A DNA stretch of 64,000 bases from Macrostomum lignano (lineage: Eukaryota): NCBI GenBank assembly GCA_002269645.1, contig NIVC01000412.1, forward strand, positions 682,001-746,000. The letters run 5' to 3'. Below are positions 41,150 through 53,304 of this stretch, one piece after another. The translations under genes and the position numbers were made by a program. The notes beneath the pieces were generated by a model. That model did not search any database, was not told the origin of the DNA, and was given only the letters and a program-made list of their open reading frames with translations. Position 1 is the stretch's first letter. Every line of letters starts with the position of its first letter.

Positions 41150-41229
41150 TTATCAGTTTATGCATTAAATATTCATTTATGTAACCTTAAATTTCGATTT
41201 TTATACAATAATTGATGTGTTCCTCTCAG

Positions 41230-41349
41230 CATCGCCTGCTAGACCGGTTCCTGTTCGAGGACTGTCCGTATTCGCTGCGCAAGACTCGGATTAATCCTGC
41301 TGAAGGCGGCGACACGCACCAGAAACCCGTGCTGGTACCGTCAGATCAG
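41230..41349 (+). CDS. COX5B: COX5B-like, internal exon (not in the ORF track)
   Basis: [14 protein letters not shown]...[15 protein letters not shown] resembles the G(T/S)K..P.LVPS motif; 120 nt, phases 0 and 0. Confidence 0.8.
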
Positions 41350-41367
41350 GTGTGTAAGAGCGCGATT

Positions 41368-41870
41368 GGGGTTGTGGATAGGGACTGCTGAGGGTTGTGG
41401 ATAGGGACTGCTGAGGGTTGTGGATAGGGACTGCTGAGGGTTGTGGATAGGGACTGCTGAGGGTTGTGGATAGGGACTGCTGAGGGTTGTGGATAGGGAC
41501 TGCTGAGGGTTGTGGATAGGGACTGCTGGGGGTTGTGGATAGGGACTGCTGGGGGTTGTGGATAGGGACTGCTGAGGGTTGTGGATAGGGACCTCTGAGG
41601 GTTGTGGATAGGGACTGCTGGGGGTTGTGGATAGGGACTGCTGAGGGTTGTGGATAGAGACTGCTGAGGGTGGATAGGGACCTCTGAGGGTGGATAGGGA
41701 CCTCTGAGGGTGGATAAGGACCTCTGAGGGTGGATAGGGACCTCTGAGGGTGCATAAGGACCACTGAGGGTGGATAGGGACCTCTTAAGGGTGCATAGGG
41801 ACCTCTTAAGGGTGCATAGGGACCACTGAGGGTGGATAGGAACCTCTGAGGGTGGATAGGGACCGCTGAC
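41368..41870. repeat. 23-bp array grading into a 20-bp array in a COX5B intron
   Basis: GGGTTGTGGATAGGGACTGCTGA, then GGGTGGATAGGGACCTCTGA. Confidence 0.93.
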
Positions 41871-42026
41871 GAACCTCGAGGATTGAAGATTACACAACCG
41901 AATAAACTACCAGAGCCCACATCGAAATGCAGCATGTAGAAATGTCAGAAATTAAATAGAAAACTCTTATATTTCTACTTCAAGTAGTTGCAGTGGATAC
42001 TAATTAACAAACACACTGCTTACTAA

Positions 42027-42260
<234 letters not shown>

Positions 42261-42699
42261 CAGCTTCCTTGTGTTTTCTTGTAGTTATATGTATTATCGA
42301 TACATATCGGCAGACCAGCTTGCCGCCTGATGTGTCGTGACTGCATCGTTTATTGTTTGTCACCTTCAGTTTGGATGATAATTATATTAACTAAGTAATA
42401 CAAAAGCAAACTCTATGCAAATTATATATATTTATGTATTATTTATAAGTTACTAGTAAATGGTAATTAAGTCTTCATAGAGTCGGTATATAGCAGTTTC
42501 AAACCGGTCATAAAACAGCAAATAAAATTTGCTTCAACAATGGCTAATATTGATTCGCTCTTTGTTGTGTTTGCATCTGTTTTTTTAGTTTACTACTACT
42601 TGTATTAGCATATGTAGAATACGTTTAGTAAAGGTTAGCGTAGCCCGATGGGTTAGCCACGCTAATCCCTAATCCCTTTTATCTAAGGGATATTTATTA

Positions 42700-43170
42700 A
42701 AGGGATCCCTAATCCCTAATCCCTTTTATCTACGCTAATCCCTCCCCATCCCCTTTTATCTACGCTAATCCCTCCCCATCCCCTTTTATCTACGCTAATC
42801 CCTTCCCACCCCCTTTTATCTACGCTAATCCCTTCCCACCCCCTTTTATCCACGCTAATCCCTTTCCAACCCCCTTTTAGCCACGCTAATCCCTTTCCAA
42901 CCCCCTTTTAGCCACGCTAATCCCTCCCCATCTCCTTTTAGCCACGCTAATCCCTCTCCATCTCCTTTTAGCCACGCTAATCCCTCCCCATCTCCTTTTA
43001 GCCACGCTAATCCCCTCCCTACCCCTTTATTATTCAACGCTAATCCTCTCCCACCCCTTTATTTAGCAACGCTAATCCCGTCCCCAGTCCCCACATCTTC
43101 CTTGCAACGTTAATTCTCTCCCCTCACCTGTTACTTAGCTGAATTAATACTTAGCAACGCTAATCCCCTC
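42700..43170. repeat. 30-bp minisatellite directly upstream of SAS-4
   Basis: Unit ACGCTAATCCCTCCCCATCCCCTTTTATCT, decaying toward the 3' end. Confidence 0.9.
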
Positions 43171-43305
43171 CCCGAGCCCCGCCCTAGCTGCAAGCGAGCT
43201 TCGGTTGCATTGCTGCTATTTGCAGAGCTCACTCATAGTTATTCGCAGGCGTGTGCTCCAGTGAGTGTCTTATTTGCTCAAATTGCTGAACCTCCGACTC
43301 GCCCC

Positions 43306-44674
43306 ATGCTGCGCAGTCAGGAGAGCAATTGCTTCGCTCCCAGCAGCCGTTCCTGGGTGCAGCGAGCTGGCGTCGTGTTGAACTACCTGCCTGACGATGA
43401 CGAGGCCCTGTTCGACGATCAATACGACGCCAACGACAACCATGTCAGCGGCAAGAGCATTATTAACGAGGTCGCCGCGGCCGAAGGCTCCGAACCTGTT
43501 GACGATGGATTCGACGAAGGATCTCGCCGAGACTCTGACAAGGAGAACCTGTTGCAGCCGGCTGGCGGCACCAGCGCCTCGTCGGCTACGGACCTGCGCA
43601 GCAGCCACAACGGCGGCGTTGGCAACGACGAAATTCCTCTGGCCGGCTGTCCGGATCGCCCATTCGAGGACCTCCTTGAAGAGACGCTGAACAGTCGCGG
43701 GAAAGTTGGAGGCGGCGGCGGCGGTGGCGGTCAGCAGCAGCGCCAGAAGCAACCAGCGGGAGGCGGCGGCGGCGGCGGCGGCGGCGGTGCCAAGCCGAAG
43801 TTCCGGTTCCTGCGCCGTGGCGAGGGCATCAGCCGGTTCAACAAAGGCGGCCTAGCCAGAAAGCCAAAGAAGCCGCCGGCAAAGCAGAAACAGGCTCAAC
43901 AAGTGGCCTCTTCAACGGCTCCAGTTGGCGCATCGAAGACTCCACCAAAAGTTTCGGCAGCAACAACTGTGAGGCCTGCCGCAGGCGGAGCAACATCAAT
44001 TAGAGCTCAGACTGCGGCAAATTTCCAGGGCCAGCACCAGCAGCAGCAGCAACAGCAATTGATGCTTACCCAACTGATTAACCGACAGCAGCAGCAACAG
44101 CAGCAGCAGCGCCAGAGGCCGCCTTGTTTTGAAGATCGCGACGATGGCGAGCCGGCCAGGGCGCCCACGGCCTGCTCGGACACGCGCGACGATCTGGAAG
44201 AATTTGAACTACTCGAAGCTGCGGCAGATAACTCGGTGGTGTCGCAGTTCTCCGCTCTGGCATTGCTAGACAAGGCCACGGTGAAGCGTCACGTGACTAA
44301 CCGGTTGAGAGAGTCTGAGCAGCGCCGGGCTCAGCAGCAGCAATTAATTTATCCTGGCACGGACGAAGACGACATACCGAGCGTGTCCGATGATGACGAA
44401 GAGCGTCTGGCCGATTCCATGCGCGAATTCAGCGGCCACAACTCGTCGGCTGCTTCGCAAAGCGACTCCGGTCGGGCCTCGGCTCAGCATCAGCTGATGC
44501 AGCAGCAGCACCAACAACAACAGCTGGGCACTCGGCGTCACGAGTTTCACGACAGCGAAGAATGGGGCGGCGGCGCTGGTCTGCCGCCTGCGGCAAATTC
44601 GGCCACGGTTGATAGCGAGGCCACGCCAACCTGCAGCCTGCTGGATCCGCCCGCTGCGGCTTCCGGAGCTCATG
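43306..44674 (+). CDS. CENPJ: SAS-4/CPAP centriole protein, exon 1
   Basis: PFEDLLEE, PKFRFLRRGEGISRFN (tubulin-binding PN2-3-like region) and DLEEFELLEAAAD motifs; donor CATG|GTGGGT, phase 1; first ATG assumed to be the start. Confidence 0.85.
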
Positions 44675-45312
44675 GTGGGTAGGGTTCAGCTCATGGTGGG
44701 TAGCGAGGGGTTCAGCTCATGGAGGGTAGCGAGGGGTTCAGCTCATCGAGGGTAGCGAGGGGTTCAGCTCATGGTGGGTAGGGTTCAGCTCATGGTGGGT
44801 AGGGTTCAGCTCATGGTGGGTAGGGTTCAGCTCATGGTGGGTAGGGTTCAGCTCATGGTGGGTAGCGAGGGGTTCAGCTCATGGAGGGTAGCGAGGGGTT
44901 CAGCTCATGGAGGGTAGCGAGGGGTTCAGCTCATGGTGGGTAGGTTCAGCTCATGGTGGGTAGGGTTCAGCTCATGGTGGGTAGGGTGGGTTCATCTCAT
45001 GGTGGGTAGGGTTCAGCTCATGGAGGGTAGGGAGGGGTTCAGCTCATGGAGGGTAGGGAGGGGTTCAGCTCATGGTGGGTGTGAGCAGGGTTCAGCTCAT
45101 GGTGGGCAGGGTGTGAGCAGGGTTCAGCTCATGGTGGGCAGGGTGTGAGCAGGGTTCAGCTCATGGTGGGCAGGGTGTGAGCAGGGTTCAGCTCATGGTG
45201 GGCAGGGTGTGAGCAGGGTTCAGCTCATGGTGGGCAGGGTGTGAGCAGGGTTCAGCTCATGGTGGGCAGGGTGTGAGCAGGGTTCAGCTCATGGTGGGCA
45301 GAGTGTGAGCAG
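44667..45312. repeat. 21-28-bp minisatellite overlapping the SAS-4 exon 1 donor
   Basis: Unit GGGTTCAGCTCATGGTGGGTA and variants. Confidence 0.95.
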
Positions 45313-45579
45313 GGGTACAATAGTAAGCGCATCTGACTCGCGCCACGACCCCTGGTTTGATTCCGTGCGCATGTGTACATGCCTGATGATTAGAAAGTCA
45401 GGGCAGCTGTACACCCTCTGAGAGCGTGTGTATGGGCAGAATTGTCTCAGCGCTATTGGCGGGACGATTTCGCTGAAGGCGTTGCGTCAGGGTGCCCGCA
45501 GCTCTCCTGCTGTAGCAGACCCACTCTTGAGCCCAGTGAGTCTTTTTATCCCACCGCTGCCACCAATCCCTATTGCCAG

Positions 45580-45812
45580 GAGGCGGCCAACTCTTCCAGC
45601 AGCCGCCGGTGCCGCCCGCGTCATCCACCAACGCCGTGACAGCCGCCAGTGCCGTCGCCGCTGCCGCAGCCGCCGAAGCGGCCAGTCTGATGATTTTTCC
45701 TCAGGCAAAAACTGCCAAACAGGCAACCGCGGCTGCTCAGGACAGCATTGTGGCCACCTCGGTGCTGCGAGAGAAACTGCGCGAGCTGGAGGCCGAAATT
45801 GAACGATTTCAG
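45580..45812 (+). CDS. CENPJ: SAS-4/CPAP, exon 2
   Basis: SLMIFP...VLREKLRELEAEIERFQ; acceptor phase 1; donor GTTAGA. Confidence 0.88.
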
Positions 45813-45837
45813 GTTAGAATGAGTTTACTCTAATCTT

Positions 45838-46677
45838 AAACCCGCAGCCGCATGCCATAAACCCAAAGTTTACTAATCATAAACCCCCTAACCCCCAGTT
45901 TACTAACCATGAACTCCAATTCACTAGCCATAAACCCAACCCGCAGACCATAAACCCCCCAATTCACTAGCCATAAACCCCAACCCGCAGACCATAAACC
46001 CCCCAATTCACTAGCCATAAACCCCAACCCGCAGATCATAAACCCCCCAATTCACTAGCCATAAACCCAACCCGCAGACCAAAACTCCCCAATTCACTAG
46101 CCATAAACCCCAACCCGCAGACCATAAACTCCCCAATTCACTAGCCATAAACCCCAACCCGCAGACCAAAAACTCCCCAATTCACTAGCCATAAACCCCA
46201 ACCCGCAGACCATAAACCAACCCCCCAATTCACTAGCCAAAAACCCCAACCCGCAGACCATAAACCAACCCCCCAATTCACTAGCCAAAAACCCCAACCC
46301 GCAGACCAAAACTCCCCAATTCACTAGCCATAAACCCCAACCCGCAGACCATAAACTCCCCAATTCACTAGCCATAAACCCCAACCCGCAGACCAAAAAC
46401 TCCCCAATTCACTAGCCATAAACCCCAACCCGCAGACCATAAACCAACCCCCCAATTCACTAGCCAAAAACCCCAACCCGCAGACCATAAACTCCCCAAT
46501 TCACTAGCCATAAACCCCAACTTGCAGACCATAAACCCCCCAATTCACTAGCCATAAACCCCAACCCGCAGACCATAAACCAACCCCCAATTCACTAGCC
46601 ATAAACCCCAACCCGCAGACCATAAACCCCCCAACTCACTAGCCATAAACCCCAACCCGCAGACCATAAACCCCCAG
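45838..46677. repeat. 37-41-bp minisatellite abutting the SAS-4 exon 3 acceptor
   Basis: Unit close to TTCACTAGCCATAAACCCCAACCCGCAGACCATAAACCCCCCAA. Confidence 0.95.
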
Positions 46678-47295
46678 CTGTCCAAGCTGAAACGCGAGCT
46701 GGAGTCGGAGCGGGCCGGCCTGGCGGCGGAGCGCCGCAAGCTGGAGGAGGAGCGCCGGTCCGCAGCCGAGGCGACGCAGCGCGAGCGCGAGGCCGAACAG
46801 CGCAAGCTGCGCAAAGAGCGCCGCCTGCTGGACGACTACGCCAAAGCTTTGAAGGCTGGCGCCGGGCGCGAGGGCCGCGAAGAGTCCGAACGCCTGCGCC
46901 AGGAGTTGGCCGCACTGCGAGACGAATGCGCGCAGAAGGAGGCGCGCTGGTCCGCCAATTTGGCTCGCCTGAGAGATCGGGCCGAGAGCTTGGAGGCTGA
47001 GAAGGCCGAGCTGAGACAACGGGTGCAGAATCTGGAGAAGGAGCGTCTGCAGCTCAAGGCGTTGAAGGCCGCGCCAGCGCCAGTTCAGGCGCTTCCACCG
47101 ACGGCGCCTTCACCGCCGCCTCAACAGCAGCCTCAGGCGCCTCAGCCGCCACCGCCGCCGCCTCCTCCTCCTCCACCAATGTTGACGCAACGACAGCAGC
47201 AGCAACCGCAGCTTCAGCTTCAGCAACAGAAAGTTCGCGAGGATGAAGAAATGCCGTTGACTGAGTCTCGGCACCCGAATGGTCGGATTGAGCAG
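46663..47295 (+). CDS. CENPJ: SAS-4/CPAP, exon 3 (coiled coil); acceptor at 46663 or 46678
   Basis: RKLRKERRLLDDYAK...ARWSANLARLRDR matches the CPAP coiled coil; both acceptors are phase 0; donor GTTTGT. Confidence 0.88.
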
Positions 47296-47307
47296 GTTTG
47301 TGACCTC

Positions 47308-48492
47308 TGAGTGTGGGGTTTGAGGGCGATTCTCAGTGTGGGGTTTGAGGGCGATTCTCAGTGTGGGGTTCAAAGGCGATTCTCAGTGTGGGGTTTGAGG
47401 GCGATTCTCAGTGTGGGGTTGGAGGGCGATTCTCAGTGTAGGGTTTGAGGGCGATTCTCAGTGTGGGGTTGGAGGGCGATTCTCAGTGTGGGATTTGAGG
47501 GCGATTCTCAGTGTAGGATTGAGGGCGATTCTCAGTGTGGGATTTGAGGGCGATTCTCAGTGTGGGGTTTGAGGGCGATTCTCAGTGTGGGGTTCAAAGG
47601 CGATTCTCAGTGTGGGGTTGGAGGGCGATTCTCAGTGTGGGGTTTGAGGGCGATTCTCAGTGTGGGGTTGGAGGGCGATTCTCAGTGTGGGATTTGAGGG
47701 CGATTCTCAGTGTGGGGTTCAAAGGCGATTCTCAGTGTGGGGTTCAAAGGCGATTCTCAGTGTGGGGTTTGAGGGCGATTCTCAGTGTGGGGTTCAAAGG
47801 CGATTCTCAGTGTGGGGTTCAAAGGCGATTCTCAGTGTGGGGTTTGAGGGCGATTCTCAGTGTGGGGTTGGAGGGCGATTCTCAGTGTGGGGTTGGAGGG
47901 CGATTCTCAGTGTGGGGTTGGAGGGCGATTCTCAGTGTAGGGTTTGAGGGCGATTCTCAGTGTGGGGTTGGAGGGCGATTCTCAGTGTGGGGTTGGAGGG
48001 CGATTCTCAGTGTGGGATTTGAGGGCGATTCTCAGTGTGGGGTTTGAGGGCGATTCTCAGTGTGGGATTTGAGGGCGATTCTCAGTGTGGGGTTGGAGGG
48101 CGATTCTCAGTGTGGGGTTTGAGGGCGATTCTCAGTGTGGGGTTGGAGGGCGATTCTCAGTGTAGGGTTTGAGGGCGATTCTCAGTGTGGGGTTTGAGGG
48201 CGATTCTCAGTGTGGGGTTGGAGGGCGATTCTCAGTGTGGGATTTGAGGGCGATTCTCAGTGTGGGGTTTGAGGGCGATTCTCAGTGTGGGGTGTGAGGG
48301 CGATTCTCAGTGTGGGGTTTGAGGCCGATTCTCAGTGTCGGGTTGGAGGGCGATTCTCAGTGTGGGGTTGGAGGGCGATTCTCAGTGTGGGGTGTGAGGG
48401 CGATTCTCAGTGTGGGATTTGAGGGCGATTCTCAGTGTGGGGTGTGAGGGCGATTCTCAGTGTGGGGTTTGAGGCCGATTCTCAGTGTGGGC
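47308..48492. repeat. 25-bp minisatellite in SAS-4 intron 3
   Basis: Unit GAGGGCGATTCTCAGTGTGGGGTTT. Confidence 0.96.
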
Positions 48493-48612
48493 TTCGAGTA
48501 CGATTCTTCTTAGTGAGAATAAGTGAAAGATTCTTAGTCGAATTTCAATGCAGGATTCTACTTCCGGATAGCACAGTTAATCCTTAATCGATCCCTAAAT
48601 CAATAACTCCAG

Positions 48613-48939
48613 GTGTTCCCCGACGGTCGCCGTCGTGTGAACTTTCCCAACGGCACCGTGAAATTGATCTCAGCCGATGGCTCTACCGTGACCACCAATT
48701 ATTTCAATGGCGACGTCAAGACTGCCTACTCTGGCGGCGATAGCGGCGTCCCCGGCAGCGACAGTCGAGTTGTGTACCGATACGCCGACACGGGCACCGT
48801 ACATACTACTTACAGCGACGGCAGGCAGTTGTTAGTGTTCGCTAACGGCCAGTCCGAGACCGTGATGCCTGATGGCTCCAGGGAGATTCAGTTTCCCGAT
48901 GGGGTGGTCAAGTCTGTCAGCGCCGACGCTACGGAGGAG
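48613..48939 (+). CDS. CENPJ: SAS-4/CPAP, exon 4 (TCP10/G-box domain)
   Basis: FPDG/FPNG beta-hairpin repeats, YFNGDVK, YRYADTGTVHTTY; phases 0 and 0. Confidence 0.93.
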
Positions 48940-48974
48940 GTGAGCTGCGGTTGCGGGTAGTGAAGATGGAGCGG

Positions 48975-49715
48975 AGAGGCTAAGACAGTGATGTATGTAG
49001 CTGAGAGACTGGGACAGTGGTGGAGCTAAGAGACTGGGACAGTGATGGAGCGGAGAGACTGGGACAGTGATGGAGCGGAGAGACTGGGACAGTGATGGAG
49101 CGGAAAGACTGGGACAGTGGTGGAGCTAAGAGACTGGGACAGTGATAGAGCTGAGAGACTGGGACAGTGATGGAGCTAAGAGACTGGGACAGTGATGGAG
49201 CGGAGAGACTGGGACAGTGATGGAGCGGAGAGACTGGGACAGTGATGGAGCGGAAAGACTGGGACAGTGGTGGAGCTAAGAGACTGGGACAGTGATGGAG
49301 CTGAGAGACTGGGACAGTGATGGAGCTGATAGACTGGGACAGTGATGTAGCCGAGAGACTGTGACAGTGATGGAGCTAAGAGACTGGGACAGTGATGGAG
49401 CGGAGAGACTGGGACAGTGATGGAGCGGAGAGACTGGGACAGTGATGGAGCGGAGAGACTGGGACAGTAATGGAGCTGAAAGACTGGGACAGTGATGGAG
49501 CGGAGAGACTGGGACAGTAATGGAGCTGAAAGACTGGGACAGTGATGGAGCTGAGAGACTGGGAAAGTGATGTCGCTGGGAGACTGGGACAGTGATGGAG
49601 CTGAGAGACTGGGAAAGTGATGTCGCTGAGAGACTGGGAAAGTGATGTCGCTGAGAGACTGGGACAGTGATGGTGCGGGGCGACTTTAAAAGTGATGGAG
49701 CGGAGAGACTGGGGC
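48975..49715. repeat. 25-bp minisatellite in SAS-4 intron 4
   Basis: Unit AGACTGGGACAGTGATGGAGCGGAG. Confidence 0.96.
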
Positions 49716-49758
49716 AATGACAAATAAAGAGATTTACGACCTCCTCTACCTGCCGCAG

Positions 49759-49998
49759 GTGTCGGCTTTCCCTGACGGCACCCGGCTGCGCCTAGTGAAC
49801 GGACCGACGCCCCTGAAGGAGATCTACTTCCGCAACGGTCAGAAGGAGGTGCACACTCCGCAGTACCGCAGTCGGGAGTACCCGGACGGTACTAAGAAGA
49901 CAATTTATCCCGACGGCAGACAGGAGACCAGGTACGCTTCTGGCCGAGTTAGGATCAAGGACCGCGAAGGTCGGGTGCTCATGGATCGGAAGCCTTAG
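49759..49998 (+). CDS. CENPJ: SAS-4/CPAP, exon 5 (end of TCP10/G-box domain)
   Basis: [38 protein letters not shown] then stop; acceptor CCGCAG. Confidence 0.95.
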   Translation: MSAFPDGTRLRLVNGPTPLKEIYFRNGQKEVHTPQYRSREYPDGTKKTIYPDGRQETRYASGRVRIKDREGRVLMDRKP

Positions 49999-50698
49999 CC
50001 GTCGGAAATATTGAAAATATCTTTTATAATTTTAAAGTGACTTCGAATTTTAATTGTCCAGGATTCAATTTACTTCATCTTTCCCGCTCATGATTATCTA
50101 CTGTACTATAAGTAGAAGTTGACGCGTTATCTGCCTGAATTTTAGTCTAGGTCTAACTTTATACCCGTTGACAATGTTAATTTATATATATACTTCCTTG
50201 CTGGTCCAAGCTGTGCTTAGTAATATAAATTAATCGTTTTTATAGCTTGTTGTATAAATATTAAACTGTTTACTAATTGTATTCTTACATTAGTAGTTGC
50301 GTTTCATTTTAACTACATGTAGTTACTTGAAATTTATCTGCCAATTATTTATCTGGAACAGCAACACATTCCACAGTTGGTTAATTATTTTTTTAGAAAT
50401 TTTTTCGCTTGGTTACTTTTAGTAGTAGTTCAGTTTGCTAAATTTTATAGCGCTTGTTTCGGTGAAACTGCGATGCAATTCCGCCCAACATTTCCTAATC
50501 GAGCTGAAATTTATTTAGGCTTACATTTTCTATTATTTTTATACACTTTTGCAAAGCCATACTCAACTGCCGTTATAAAGCATTTGGATAATTTTGAAGG
50601 ATAATTTACCATTCCATGGGACCACGGGAACTCTTGGTCTTGGTCTGGTTCAACTAATAAGGGAATTTTGTCTTGAGCAATTAAAACATATCAATATG

Positions 50699-51352
50699 AA
50701 CCCCTACCCCCTATGTACACTCGATCTTAACCAACCCCCTACCCCCTATGTACACTCGATCTTAACCAACCCCCTACCCCCTATGTACACTCGATCTTAA
50801 CCAACCCCCTACCCCCTATGTACACTCGATCTTAACCAACCCCCTACCCCCTATGTACACTCGATATTAACCAACCCCCTACCCCCATGTACACTCAATC
50901 TTAACCAACCCCTACCCCCATGTACACTCAATCTTAACCAACCCCTACCCCCATGTACACTCAATCTTGACCAACCCCTACCCCATGTACACTCAATCGT
51001 AACCAACCCCTACCCCCTATGTACACTCAATCTTGACCAACCCCTACCCCATGTACACTCAATCGTAACCAACCCCTACCCCATGTACACTCAATCTTAA
51101 CCAACCCCTACCCCATGTACACTCAATCGTAACCAACCCCTACCCCCATGTACACTCAATCGTAACCAACCCCTACCCCCTATGTACACTCAATCTTGAC
51201 CAACCCCTACCCCATGTACACTCAATCGTAACCAACCCCTACCCCCTATGTACACTCAATCTTGACCAACCCCTACCCCATGTACACTCAATCTTAACCA
51301 ACCCCTACCCCATGTGCACTCAATCTTAACCAACCCCTACCCCCATGTACAC
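50699..51352. repeat. 33-36-bp minisatellite
   Basis: Unit close to AACCAACCCCCTACCCCCTATGTACACTCGATCTT. Confidence 0.94.
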
Positions 51353-51974
51353 TGAATTTTAACTGTTTGTGTATTAAAATTAGATTAAATTCAATTATTT
51401 GCAAAAATATTTTCATTCGCCTGTTCCCACCTATACAAAAATTTTTTATCTGCAATTAAATAAATTCCCTCCAATAGTAAAACAACTTGGTTTGTTGTTC
51501 ATTAATTAGCTAATTTTTGCTCATATATTTATGCTACCGTCCACATTGCTACTGATTTCGTTATGATTTGTCCTGCAATTCTTCGATTTTATTGTATAAA
51601 AACTGCCGGTCATTGTTTATCGTATATGTTTTCGTTTATCAGGTTGAATTAACTCAACTGGTTTGATTTAATGAACTGTCCGTCCCCTAAAACTCGCTGT
51701 TTTTAAATTCACTCACGCCCTTGACACTTGTGTTGTATGCCGGACACATACCTGCTTGCTAATCAATAAACACTTTTTTGTAAAGTTTTCACTAAGCATT
51801 GTATGCTCCCTTTGCGTTATTGATTCTATATAATTATATATACAATGAATTAATTAATATATATAATTCTATACAAATTCATGTTTCCCATCGAATGAGC
51901 GGTACTACTTTGTGACTAAAATTCACTAATTGACTGAGTGAGGCTAACTGTCATTCATGGGTGATGGCTCAATA

Positions 51975-52289
51975 TATGGCCTGTGAACATTGGGGAACTG
52001 GATCAATATGGCCTGTGTACATTGGCGAACTGGATCCATATGGCCTGTGTACATTGGGGAACTGGATCAATATGGCCTGTGTACATTGGCGAACTGGATC
52101 AATATGGCCTGTGTACATTGGGGAACTGGATCAAAATGGCCTGTGTACATTGGCGAACTGGATCAATATGCCCTGTGTACATTGGCGAACTGGATCAATA
52201 TGGTCTGTGTACATTGGGGAACTGGATCAATATGGCCTGTGTACATTGGCGAACTGGATCAATATGGCCTGTGTACATTGGCGAACTGG
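51975..52289. repeat. 32-bp minisatellite, about 10 copies
   Basis: Unit GGCCTGTGTACATTGGCGAACTGGATCAATAT. Confidence 0.94.
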
Positions 52290-53304
52290 TCAGTGCGTAC
52301 ATCAAGCCTCGAAAAAATCTCAAAAACGTTAAAACTTTAAATTTGTTTTGAGCGTTTAACCGTACCGTCTAAAATAAATTTATTACACGCGCTGATCGAC
52401 AAATAGATGAAATTGATTTATTTGCAATTTTTCAAACGCGCTAGCACGGCTTTATGTACAACAGAGCAGTGCGTGCCAAGCTTAAAATAATATTTCTATA
52501 ACTATGGGGCATAATTAAATTTGTAATTAATTATTGACAAGCAAACGCTGTGAAATGTTAAGAAAATCAACTAAAAATAATGGTTAAAGCCTGATAAAAT
52601 TACAATTAGGACAAGAAAAAATGTCACTTCACAACGCTGTACAAAATATTTATTTATGAAGATTATGATTTATAAATAGCAATTGAGTTTAAACGTGTAC
52701 AGTATGCGGAGACTTACGTAGCTAATTTATACTACTATTATTAGTACACTGAGAAAGAGTGAGACAGATCGGCTGTCAAAGCACGCACAGAAGAGACAGT
52801 TATCGCGCAGTTAAGGGGAACAGGATTTAGAAAGACAAAATTCACGGGACCGAGGGACCGAGTTTACTTATTAATAAACATATATTCTCCCTTGACTATT
52901 ATGAATGAGCGGACGAATTAAATGTTGATTTGTAACAGTGTTCATTCTGTTTTGTTTGTCAATTTTGATTGAAGTCTGGTTATAGTACATTACATCAGCT
53001 CTATTTTAGTGCCTTATTATATTCAAATCTTATTAATCAAACTAACAAAAATATTCTTTAATAAAATTTCTGCTACTTATAGTAAGCAAAAAAATAATAA
53101 GAAAATACAAATTTAATAAATAATTACAACAAAAATAGCAAGTTTGACGGGAGGCGCAATTATATAACTAATACTACTTACAGAGTAGATAAGTATTAAT
53201 AACACAGATATGCTGCTGGGTTTGAAATTAATTTATAAAATAGTGGCCATTTATAAATAAAAGCTTAAAGGATGAAGGTGATTATCAGAGATTGAAAAGC
53301 GATA

